NCBI GenBank assembly: GCA_045545455.1
Contig: JAZQAY010000120.1
Span: 1,195-65,194 of the forward strand
Length of the DNA stretch: 64,000 nt
Origin: Anaerovoracaceae bacterium
GTDB taxonomy: Bacteria > Bacillota > Clostridia > Peptostreptococcales > Anaerovoracaceae
Direction: 5' to 3'
The notes below the pieces were generated by a model. That model did not search any database, was not told the origin of the DNA, and saw nothing but the letters and a program-made list of their open reading frames with translations. Within the stretch, counting starts at the first letter, position 1. Each line of letters starts with the position of its first letter. Shown in pieces: positions 10,308-18,514 of the stretch. The translations under genes and the position numbers were made by a program.

Positions 10308-11288
10308 TTATAAAAACTCCTTAAATTCTTCAGTGCCGGCTATTCTCAGTCCCATGGATCTGAGTATCTCAGATGCCTCTTCCACTGTCCTTCCGCCTTC
10401 GTCCACGTCCATTACGGAGTTTGCGACTCCCATAAGGCCTGACTTCGGAGGTATGATGGACGTTATGAGATTGGCTCCCGCATCTATCCTTTCCTTAAGT
10501 CCTGCGATGCCGTCCACGTCAAGGGATGCCGGTATCAGGGCCTTCGGATAGAGGATCCTCATCAGTGCGATTATCTTAAGTTCCTCCATGCGATCCGGAG
10601 TCCTTACGTTCTCCATAGGGCTTCCCGGCTGAGGTACGAAGCTCATGACCCTAACCTGCCTGGCCCCTATCTCACCCATGGTGAGCAGGGAATCCGCCAC
10701 ATCTTCAGGTGTCTCGCCTACCCCTGAGAGTATGCCCTCCTCGATGAACATTCCGCAGTCCCCGGCATGGAGTTTGGCGTGCATCCGTTCGTCGTAGTCC
10801 TGATCCTTTCTTAGTTTCCTGAACAGTTCCCTGTTATGGGTCTCCTGATACAGCGCAAAGATATCCGCGCCGGCATCTTTAAACTTATCTATGATCTCGT
10901 CAGGCACTACTCCCGGGGATATCATCACCGGCGTTCCCATGTCCTTGAGCTTTCTGATTATCCTGAGGACCGTTTCGAACCCTTCCCTGTGGTACAAAGG
11001 ATCCTCGCCCATTGTAAGGTCAATGAGGTTTACCCCGGAATCCACCAAAGCCTTTGAAAGGGCAAGCACCTCTTCCTCGGTCTTCCTGTATCTTCCGATC
11101 TCGTTTGACCTTCTGAAATAGCAGAAGTTGCAGTTGTTTCTGCAGTAAGTCGTGAAATACACGAAGCCGTAGGCGAATATCTTATCTCCCTGGACCTGAC
11201 GTCTTATCGAAGACGCACGTTCAAAAAGAGCCTTTATTTCTTTTTCATCATCGAATTCGAGAATGCGTACTATCTCTTCTTTAGTCAT
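10308..11288 (-). CDS. pylB: methylornithine synthase PylB (radical SAM)
   Basis: 326 aa with the CRNNCNFC cluster motif. DLTMGEDP, ALYQETHNRELFRKLR, VRVMSFVPQPGSPME and LIPASLDVDGIAG match methanogen PylB motifs. Confidence 0.9.
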   Translation of the reverse strand: MTKEEIVRILEFDDEKEIKALFERASSIRRQVQGDKIFAYGFVYFTTYCRNNCNFCYFRRSNEIGRYRKTEEEVLALSKALVDSGVNLIDLTMGEDPLYHREGFETVLRIIRKLKDMGTPVMISPGVVPDEIIDKFKDAGADIFALYQETHNRELFRKLRKDQDYDERMHAKLHAGDCGMFIEEGILSGVGETPEDVADSLLTMGEIGARQVRVMSFVPQPGSPMENVRTPDRMEELKIIALMRILYPKALIPASLDVDGIAGLKERIDAGANLITSIIPPKSGLMGVANSVMDVDEGGRTVEEASEILRSMGLRIAGTEEFKEFL

Positions 11289-11297
11289 TTACAGATC

Positions 11298-11618
11298 CTA
11301 TTTATGCGTAAGGTCTGAACCATACGTGTCAAAGAATGTCTTGGAATACTTGAGAAGTTTCCACTCCGGCACCTTGCACTTAGGGCATGGCTTGACGGCC
11401 CACTTGTTCCTGAGCCAGCGGGCTGCCCTGGAGTTCCTCGAGTTATACACCCTCAGCTCCTGTCCGCAGTGGGTGGTGATGATGGCGTATTTCCCATAGC
11501 TCTCTATCGACTTTATTCCGTGAAGTATCCCGCTCCTCGCAGGCCAGAGCTTCATCTTTTCCAGAAGGATCAGAAGCTCCACGTTCTTCCTGTAATATCT
11601 CTTGGTATCATCAGCCAT
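11298..11618 (-). CDS. pylSn: pyrrolysyl-tRNA synthetase N-terminal tRNA-binding protein PylSn
   Basis: 106 aa. LW.ARSGILHGIK...HCG.EL.V.NSRNSRAARWLRNK...CPKCKV matches the PylS N-domain (LWMSRTGTLHKIK...NNSRSCRTARAFRHHK...CKRCRV). The stop codon is TAG. Confidence 0.85.
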   Translation of the reverse strand: MADDTKRYYRKNVELLILLEKMKLWPARSGILHGIKSIESYGKYAIITTHCGQELRVYNSRNSRAARWLRNKWAVKPCPKCKVPEWKLLKYSKTFFDTYGSDLTHK

Positions 11619-11676
11619 AAGTCTCTCCTTATGATGACAAGCCCCCGGGACTCTCAGACCAAGGGGCTATAATAAG

Positions 11677-11748
11677 TGGCGAGGTGACCGGGAGTCTCAC
11701 CCGGCTATCTGGATTTAGAGTCCAGGCGATCAATACGATCCTCACCCC
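11677..11748 (-). tRNA. pylT: tRNA-Pyl (anticodon CUA), CCA encoded
   Basis: Minus strand folds as GGGGTGA-G-GATC-GTATT-GATC-G-CCTGGA-CTCTAAA-TCCAGA-TAG-CCGGG-TGAGACT-CCCGG-TCACCTC-G-CCA (72 nt). It shows the tRNA-Pyl hallmarks: 1 nt between the acceptor and D stems, a 5-nt D loop without GG, a long anticodon stem, a 3-nt variable loop and no T-psi-C motif. Confidence 0.85.
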
Positions 11749-11756
11749 TCGTATTA

Positions 11757-12590
11757 TCACGGCATGGTCTTGAGTATCTCACCAAGCATCATAGCCGTTC
11801 CGATCTCAAGGTTATCATAAACAGCGGTATTTTGCAACCTTGCTGCAGCTTTTTCGTCCAAAGAAAGGGGCACTCCGGGGCTGGCATAGTAAACCTCTTC
11901 ACCAAGGTACTCCTCTGTGAGCCATCCTCCCTCATTCGTGAAATCAAGAATGAATCTGTAGTTCTTTATCTCTTCATAAGAACCGAGGACATATCTCCCC
12001 GTTTCAAGGGCATTGAAAGCATCCACAGCTTTAGGATCCTTGTCGTACATATCGAAATCGATATCATGGTTTAACAGGATCTGGACTGCCTCTTCACCTA
12101 CCAGACCATTTCCGATCACAAGGACCTTTTCTTCAGATATATCAAAGCCCGCTCTCTTCATCATGGCTCTGAGCACCATGATGTATCCCAATGCAGTTGC
12201 ATAGTTGTTCTCGCCGAAGCTTCCGTTGTCCCTGCTGAAAGCCAGATATCTGGTATCGTCTGCCATGAATATGACGCCTGCATCCATAAGTATCGAACTG
12301 TAGATACCGTCTACGTCCGTCTCCTCCGGAACGCAGGTCCTGAAACCCATGGATCTGATGATTGAGCTTATGCAGTCAGAGAAAGAGCCTATTATTCCCT
12401 CGCCCTGAGTCACAGGAACAGCTGCCACCAGCAGCTCCGATGCGTACCTGTCATATCTTTCCTTCGATATGCCAAAGGTATCCATCACCAGCCCCGCAAG
12501 ATCGAAGCCCGTCCTGAGCTTCAATTCGCTGTTATACTTATCCATGCCGTCCGTCATGTGATCTATCCATTCAGTCTTAAGTCTGGTCAT
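11757..12590 (-). CDS. pylD: pyrrolysine synthase PylD (dehydrogenase)
   Basis: 277 aa with VPVTQGEGIIGSFS, FMADDTRYLAF, a Rossmann motif (VIGNGLVG), ASPGVP and LEIGTAMML, all parallel to methanogen PylD. Confidence 0.85.
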   Translation of the reverse strand: MTRLKTEWIDHMTDGMDKYNSELKLRTGFDLAGLVMDTFGISKERYDRYASELLVAAVPVTQGEGIIGSFSDCISSIIRSMGFRTCVPEETDVDGIYSSILMDAGVIFMADDTRYLAFSRDNGSFGENNYATALGYIMVLRAMMKRAGFDISEEKVLVIGNGLVGEEAVQILLNHDIDFDMYDKDPKAVDAFNALETGRYVLGSYEEIKNYRFILDFTNEGGWLTEEYLGEEVYYASPGVPLSLDEKAAARLQNTAVYDNLEIGTAMMLGEILKTMP

Positions 12591-12603
12591 AACCGACTCC
12601 TTT

Positions 12604-13449
12604 CTATATGTTCAGCGGTTCACCGTCGATAAATGAAAGCGTTCTCCCATACCTCTTGATGGTGCGCCCCTTATCCAGCGCCATGGTGAGCCTCTCTATA
12701 CCGAAACCGATACCCACCCAGGTATCAAACACTCCCCAGTTGGCATCCAGGAAATGGGGTCCATATGAACCTGAGGCCACTTCCATTCCGTTTATCAGTA
12801 TGTCGAACGAGACCTTGCCGTAAACCTCAGAGTCCTCCTGTACGAATTCGTATTCGCCTTCCTTGAGGCCCAGGGCTTCCATGGCGTTAAGCGCAAGCCT
12901 TTCAAGTTCCTGAAGCTGCTCTCCGTCCTTTACGGAAGCCAGTTCCACGAGATTAAGCATGGTGAACTCGTTCAGGTGCTGTGCACCCTGAGATTCCTTC
13001 CTGAAGCAAGACCCCATCTCAAAGATCTTAACGGGCTGTTTGGTGATCCTAAGGAGCTCCCTCATCTCAACGTAGAGATTCGGGGCAAGCATAGGTCTTA
13101 AGCAATGCTTTCCGTCCACCCAAAAGACCTGTTCCAGAAACTGCGATCCCGAGTCTATCCCCATCTTCTTAAGGGAGTCCTTCGATATGATCGTAGGAGT
13201 TATCACCTCGGTGAATCCCTCGTCCATAAGCCACTGGCACATCTTATTCCCCGTTATGCGGTATTTCGTCATGTGGCGGGATCCGAGAAGATCGTAGATA
13301 TCGTTTCTGGCATATCTCGTCAGTTCCTTTTCAAGCTTTCTGAAATGCTCGTTTCTCTCTTCCTTTGTTTCAAACTCCCTGTCCTGCTCCTCTTCAGGGC
13401 AGTTCAGTTCGTTCAGCCTTTCTGACTGTGTAACAGTGTATTTCTCCAT
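12604..13449 (-). CDS. pylSc: pyrrolysyl-tRNA synthetase catalytic subunit PylSc
   Basis: 281 aa with VITPTIISK, FWVDGKHCLRPMLAPNLY, CFRKESQGAQHLNEFTMLNL and GIGFGIERL. These are nearly identical to the Desulfitobacterium PylSc motifs as I remember them. The stop codon is TAG. Confidence 0.9.
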   Translation of the reverse strand: MEKYTVTQSERLNELNCPEEEQDREFETKEERNEHFRKLEKELTRYARNDIYDLLGSRHMTKYRITGNKMCQWLMDEGFTEVITPTIISKDSLKKMGIDSGSQFLEQVFWVDGKHCLRPMLAPNLYVEMRELLRITKQPVKIFEMGSCFRKESQGAQHLNEFTMLNLVELASVKDGEQLQELERLALNAMEALGLKEGEYEFVQEDSEVYGKVSFDILINGMEVASGSYGPHFLDANWGVFDTWVGIGFGIERLTMALDKGRTIKRYGRTLSFIDGEPLNI

Positions 13450-14534
13450 TTCAGCACCTCGTGCTCATCCTTTCCCCAATTGATGAATATTCCCCTGAAA
13501 TCGGACGCAGAGTCCTTATAGTCAGTCATGGTCTCCATGGAGCCCATGAAACATTTTCTGAAAGTGAGAGGCCCGGCATCCCTCATGATGTGCTCGCCCT
13601 CCTGAGTTATGACGCCGTTTGATTTTTTATAGTTCTCATAGGCGCAAAAGATCTTTTCCTGACCCTTTCCCGCAGTGTTCTCATCCCTGAATCCGCCGTA
13701 AAGAGTGACGTCCGTCAGTTCCTTAAGGAGGTTCATGCCAGAAGATTTAAGAACCGCTATGGGCGTCTGGCTGGGTATCCTGGCGTCGATCTCAAGGACC
13801 TTAAGGTCTTCCCCATCGTCGATCACTTCCACGTCCATTATTCCTTTGAGACCGACCAGTTCGGCCAGCCTCACCGCGATATCTGAAAATCTTCTCAGTT
13901 TTTCTTCGGGAAGTCTTACCGGAGAAGTGATCATATAGCAGTCGTATCCCTTGTCCACGTGGACTTCCGTCACGGTATAGGTCCTGTAGTTTCCCGGCCT
14001 TCCTATGACCTCGATGGAGTAAGAGGGTCCCTCCAGATACTCCTGGATGATATCTCCTTCTTTTTTCTCCTTAAGCGCCGCTTCCAGTTCATCCTCAGTA
14101 CATATTTTCTTTACTCCTGTGGATCCGGACCCGTCAGACGGTTTCATAACGTAGGGAAGTTTGCCTTCAGGATAATACCTGGGGCACGGTATACCGTTAT
14201 CCATGAACAGCCTGTCCGACTTTATCTTTGACTTTGTGATCTCATATGCGGCCGGATCGAAAGCGAGAGGCTTATGATACCTTTCTGCAAGTTCGCAGAT
14301 CTTGGCCAGAAGTTCATCGTTTTCGTTTGCAGGAAGTATGATGTCCGCCTCCCTGAAGGCTTCAAGTACGGCGGGGGCCTCATTCACCAGATCTCCCGGT
14401 ACGAACCCGTAAGCCAGCCCTCCCGCCGGAACTTCAGGATCTATATCTATCAGTATGCTTTTCATGCCGCAGGCTCCGGCTAGGTAGCATGCCTCCGTGC
14501 CCTGCAGCCTTCCTCCGATAATACAAATTTTCAT
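13413..14534 (-). CDS. pylC: 3-methylornithine--L-lysine ligase PylC (ATP-grasp)
   Basis: 373 aa with MKICIIGGRLQGTEACYLA and GIMDVEVI...LKVLEIDARIPSQTP. The ATG directly abuts the upstream stop (TAAATG). Confidence 0.9.
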   Translation of the reverse strand: MKICIIGGRLQGTEACYLAGACGMKSILIDIDPEVPAGGLAYGFVPGDLVNEAPAVLEAFREADIILPANENDELLAKICELAERYHKPLAFDPAAYEITKSKIKSDRLFMDNGIPCPRYYPEGKLPYVMKPSDGSGSTGVKKICTEDELEAALKEKKEGDIIQEYLEGPSYSIEVIGRPGNYRTYTVTEVHVDKGYDCYMITSPVRLPEEKLRRFSDIAVRLAELVGLKGIMDVEVIDDGEDLKVLEIDARIPSQTPIAVLKSSGMNLLKELTDVTLYGGFRDENTAGKGQEKIFCAYENYKKSNGVITQEGEHIMRDAGPLTFRKCFMGSMETMTDYKDSASDFRGIFINWGKDEHEVLKWRNTLLHSQKG

Positions 14535-16811
14535 TTAAAACCTCATGGCAAGCATGTATTTTTCCTGGAAGTCAGATCTGGTAGCAAGTTCTACATGTTC
14601 TATCGTTTCCGCAGCTTTTACGGTCTCACCGAAAGCGTCCTCTGAAAGGAGAGCCATGGAAGCACCGATACCTGCCGAGTTTCCGATCGAAAAGATCTTA
14701 TCCCTGTCTATATCGGGAATGAGACCGCAGTTTACGGCGGATTCCTTTCTGATGTATGAACCGAAGGCTCCCGCTATGGATACCTTTGCAAGATCATCTT
14801 TGGACATTCCGAGTTCGCTCATAAGCGTTTCCTCGCCCGCCTTGATGGCTGCCTTGGCAAGCTGGATCTCCCTCACGTCCTTTTGGGTTATCATTATGTC
14901 GTTTCCTTCAGGGTCCTTATACAGGGTGAGATAATATCCCTCTTCATTCTTGCCCACGCTGTCTATGATGGCCTGAGGAACGCCCTTCTTTAAGAGTTTT
15001 TCAGGAGGCAGAAGTTTTCCTGTCTTATCAACAACTCCGGTCCTGACCATCTCGCCTATGGCGTCGATTATACCTGAACCGCAGATGCCTGTGGGTTTAC
15101 AGTCTCCTATTACGCCTATCTTCACGCCCTCCTCCGAAAGGTCCACCCTTTCGATGGCTCCGGATGCCGCACGCATGCCCTGAGCGATCGAGCTTCCCTC
15201 AAATGCGGGTCCCGCAGCAGTTGAACATGTGGCTATCCTGCCGTTTCCGCTGAAGACGATCTCCCCGTTCGTTCCTATATCGATGAAGAGATGTCCCTTA
15301 TCCTTATCCAGGATATCCGTTGCTATAAGGCCTGCGGTAATGTCAGAACCAACATGGCCCGCGATGTTCGGAACAAGCTTGAGCTCTGCGTCATCGGCTC
15401 CCTTAAGGCCGAGTTCTGCAGCCTTCCTGAATACCGGTCCCTCAAACTGAGGTTTGAACGGCGATACAGCCAGACTTCTCGGATCCACCCCGAGAAAAAG
15501 ATGAGACATGGTGGTATTCCCTACCACGACGTACTTTCTGATGGCTGAAAAGTCGTAGGCCGATCCTTCGATGAAGCCCTCCACCGACTTATTGATGCCC
15601 TTTATCACGCTCTTGTGGAGAGCCTCCAGGCCCTTCTCGTTTTCCATGGTGTATTGGATCCTGGAAATGACGTCGGCCCCCCAGGTTCCCTGTGGATTGG
15701 TGAAGGCGTCGATATCCAGCATTTCTCCTGTCTCCAGATCCCAGAGCATAACTACTACGGTGGTCGTTCCTATATCCACGGATACTCCCAGGCACTCACC
15801 CCTGTCAGCCTTAAAGCCTTCAGGAAGCTTCACCAGTTTCTTTTTTCTCTTAGCGGTAGTCTCCACCTCAGGAACCGTTACAGTCATGCCGTCCTCAGGA
15901 GCAACTGCACAGGCAAGTTCATATTTTTCAACACCTATAGCAGTCCTTATCCTCACCCGGCATTTGAGGCAGGTACCCTTGCCTCCGCAGTTGCCGTCGA
16001 TGTTCACACCGACTTTGGAAGCGCACTCAAGGATGGAACCAAGGGCCTTCCCCTTATACTCTATGTTCATGGGCATGAATCTCATTGAGATCGTTTCGCC
16101 CTCTTGTTTTCTTCTCATATTTATCTCGCAGAAGTCACAGCCCTTGGAATTTCCCATGCATCTCATGCAGGCCGGCTCCTTCTCAAGTTCGTGATTCAGC
16201 ACAAAAAACAGTCCGGCACAACTCTTCTGCGGTATCATCATACCGCTGTCCCTGACCTTGACACCTATGGCGCCTGCGTCCAGGATCTTTTCGAATTCTC
16301 TGGTACGGCCTACGAACATGCCGTAATAACCGGGGCCGAACTCCTCGGACAGAATGACGTCCTTACCGGGGAAGCGTTCCTTCATGTCGGGGATCACGTA
16401 GTCCTCCCTCAGGGCTTCAATCCCGGAATCCACGTATGAATTCCCCCAGATATCCGCGAAGAGGAATTCCATGATCTTATCCTCAGACTCAAAGAGACAT
16501 TCTCCCACGGTCATCATGTAGATGTATATTCCCTCCACGTACTCAGGAGGGATCCTGGTGAAATAGTTGCAGTCCAGGACCGCGTCCTCAATGCAGATCT
16601 TACCGTCTCTGAAGGCTTCCGGGCCGACGAACCTCACCACCGATCTGATGTCGATACCTTCTACTCCGCTTTCTCTGGCCTTAAGACCTTCTGCAAGCAT
16701 CCTCTGATGTTTCCTGGAACCTCCCGGCACGATGCCGCAGGTATTGAGAAACCTCTTCTCAGCACCGGCATGCGCCCTCTCTTCACTTATTCTTATTACT
16801 TGATTCAGCAT
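14535..16811 (-). CDS. reductive activator of corrinoid enzymes (RamA/RACE-type: MetH-activation-like domain + 2Fe-2S ferredoxin + ASKHA ATPase)
   Basis: 758 aa with a 2Fe-2S motif (CGGKGTCLKCRV) and ASKHA phosphate motifs (VDIGTTTVV, IDIGTNGEI). The N-terminal ~230 aa resemble the B12-dependent methionine synthase activation domain. Confidence 0.7.
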   Translation of the reverse strand: MLNQVIRISEERAHAGAEKRFLNTCGIVPGGSRKHQRMLAEGLKARESGVEGIDIRSVVRFVGPEAFRDGKICIEDAVLDCNYFTRIPPEYVEGIYIYMMTVGECLFESEDKIMEFLFADIWGNSYVDSGIEALREDYVIPDMKERFPGKDVILSEEFGPGYYGMFVGRTREFEKILDAGAIGVKVRDSGMMIPQKSCAGLFFVLNHELEKEPACMRCMGNSKGCDFCEINMRRKQEGETISMRFMPMNIEYKGKALGSILECASKVGVNIDGNCGGKGTCLKCRVRIRTAIGVEKYELACAVAPEDGMTVTVPEVETTAKRKKKLVKLPEGFKADRGECLGVSVDIGTTTVVVMLWDLETGEMLDIDAFTNPQGTWGADVISRIQYTMENEKGLEALHKSVIKGINKSVEGFIEGSAYDFSAIRKYVVVGNTTMSHLFLGVDPRSLAVSPFKPQFEGPVFRKAAELGLKGADDAELKLVPNIAGHVGSDITAGLIATDILDKDKGHLFIDIGTNGEIVFSGNGRIATCSTAAGPAFEGSSIAQGMRAASGAIERVDLSEEGVKIGVIGDCKPTGICGSGIIDAIGEMVRTGVVDKTGKLLPPEKLLKKGVPQAIIDSVGKNEEGYYLTLYKDPEGNDIMITQKDVREIQLAKAAIKAGEETLMSELGMSKDDLAKVSIAGAFGSYIRKESAVNCGLIPDIDRDKIFSIGNSAGIGASMALLSEDAFGETVKAAETIEHVELATRSDFQEKYMLAMRF

Positions 16812-16836
16812 TTGTTTTTTATGTGTATTATTTAAG

Positions 16837-16961
16837 CAAAAGTATGTGATTCGGATATTCCACAGCGTCGGTACTTAGCGATTGCCAAGCTTTCAGCGCA
16901 GGCAGAGCTTAGTACCGTTACGCGAGGACAAAGTGCAAACGGTCCGAATCACATACTTTTG
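16837..16961. repeat. 125-nt long imperfect inverted repeat (19-bp perfect outer arms)
   Basis: CAAAAGTATGTGATTCGGA (16837-16855) pairs with TCCGAATCACATACTTTTG (16943-16961). The interior is again partly self-complementary (CGGTACTTAGC / GCTTAGTACCG). Confidence 0.7.
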
Positions 16962-16978
16962 ATTACCGGGAATGCACT

Positions 16979-17019
16979 TGAAAAACAAAGGGTGGTCCGT
17001 CTCCTTGACTTACCACCCT
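16979..17019 (-). terminator. intrinsic terminator after mtbB
   Basis: Minus strand reads AGGGTGGT-(15 nt)-ACCACCCT followed by TTGTTTTTC. Confidence 0.6.
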
Positions 17020-17074
17020 GTTGTTATAAAAGTTGGTTTGTTTCTGAATTCAGGTTAGTTCTAAGTCAGTTCTC

Positions 17075-18481
17075 TTATTTCAGTCCTGCCCTCTCCTTGA
17101 ACCTTTCAACGGAGTTGATCTTGATGTCGAGAACTTCAGCTATCCTGAACTTGGCTGCCATGCCGTTGTTTTCTTCTTTGCAAGGCTCTACGTGGCAAAG
17201 TCCAAGTCCCATATCTCTTCTGACATCGGACATTGTTACTACGTCGCATAATTCTGCAACGGTCACACCGAGCTTAGAAGCTACATACTCCTTCGCCTCG
17301 TCGATCTTCATCTTCTTGGCGAGCTGCATTCTGAGTACCAGGTCACCTGCCGTACGTACTCCTCCCATGCCAGCGCAGATAGCATGTGTAGCCTCCTGGC
17401 CCAAAGGATCACCTACGCCTACCTAGAAGCCGTCGATCTTACCCAGCTCGACGAGAGCTTTGTCAGCTCTTGACATTACGTCAACGGGCATGATCTCTAC
17501 CATCGGGATACCGCAAACACCCATACCTACGTCAGCGTGTACGGGGATGTTGGCTACCTTGGTGCAGGCCTGTACGAAAGTGATTACTCTGGCCATGTTC
17601 CATGCAAAGGATTTGTTGCAGTTGGTATTGACTACAAGTCCGAAAATTGAAGCTCCGGCCTGCTCAGCAAGCTTTACCTGATCATGAGGATAAAGGCCTG
17701 CGAGACGCTTGCCGTTGTATTTCAGCTTACCATGCATACCGAGAACGAATTCTCCTGCCATTCCGATCTCAACGGGGAAATCGGGATATTTGGTAGTGAT
17801 GGCTTCACAAGCTCTGAGAGCGGCCAGGAAGTCCGCATCACCTGCTGCTCCGCAGGTGTCAAGGTTCATTCCGTCAGCTCCTACGTCATAAGCCTGATCA
17901 GCTACATAGCAGATGTCCTTGATGGAATATTCAACTGCCTCCTCCTGTGCTTCAAGGGCTTCCTTGATGTGTCCGTCAGGAAGAAGTGTTGCCCAGTTGC
18001 CCGCGGGGCCATCCGGCTTGGTGTAGAATCCAAGGTCGGGCATGCCGCCGAAAAGCAGAGGCATAGTCGTAACGTTAAGGGCCTGCTTGAGAGCTCCCGC
18101 ATCACGCTTGGCAACTCCTTTAGCGGTCTTATAGTTGTAGTCGGTGTTTCCGATATCAACGGAATCGCATCCGAGACATCTCTCGTAGATAAGGGTCTCC
18201 ATTTCCTTAGGGAGAGGCATCTGAGACTTGACGTTGATCTTGTATCCGCCGGAGTCGTTGGTATTTACGATCTCTTTGCCGGGTTCAACGCCGACCACAC
18301 CGCCGGGCATGGTGATGATCTCATAGAGACGTTCGAAGTCTTCTTCGCTCATGGGGTCGATCTTACCGCGCTTGACGGCATCAGCCATGCCTTCACGCAT
18401 GTCTTGTCGGATCTCTTCCTCGGTCATGAAGACGATCGAACCATCACCCATTCGGCTTTGGTATTTCTTTTCTTCTGCCAT
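17075..18481 (-). CDS. mtbB: dimethylamine:corrinoid methyltransferase MtbB, Pyl-containing (in-frame UAG)
   Basis: Track ORFs 17423..18481 and 17075..17404 share one frame. They are separated only by TAG plus six sense codons (VGVGDP). The joined product is 468 aa. ...VELGKIDGF-[UAG]-VGVGDPLG...AGDLVLRM...EAKEYVA parallels methanogen MtbB around its Pyl. Confidence 0.9.
17423..17425 (-). other. in-frame amber (UAG) codon of mtbB, predicted pyrrolysine
   Basis: Plus-strand cta = minus-strand TAG. The reading frame is open on both sides. Confidence 0.85.
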
Positions 18482-18514
18482 ATCAACATTCCTTTCTTAA
18501 GATTTTTATAGAAA

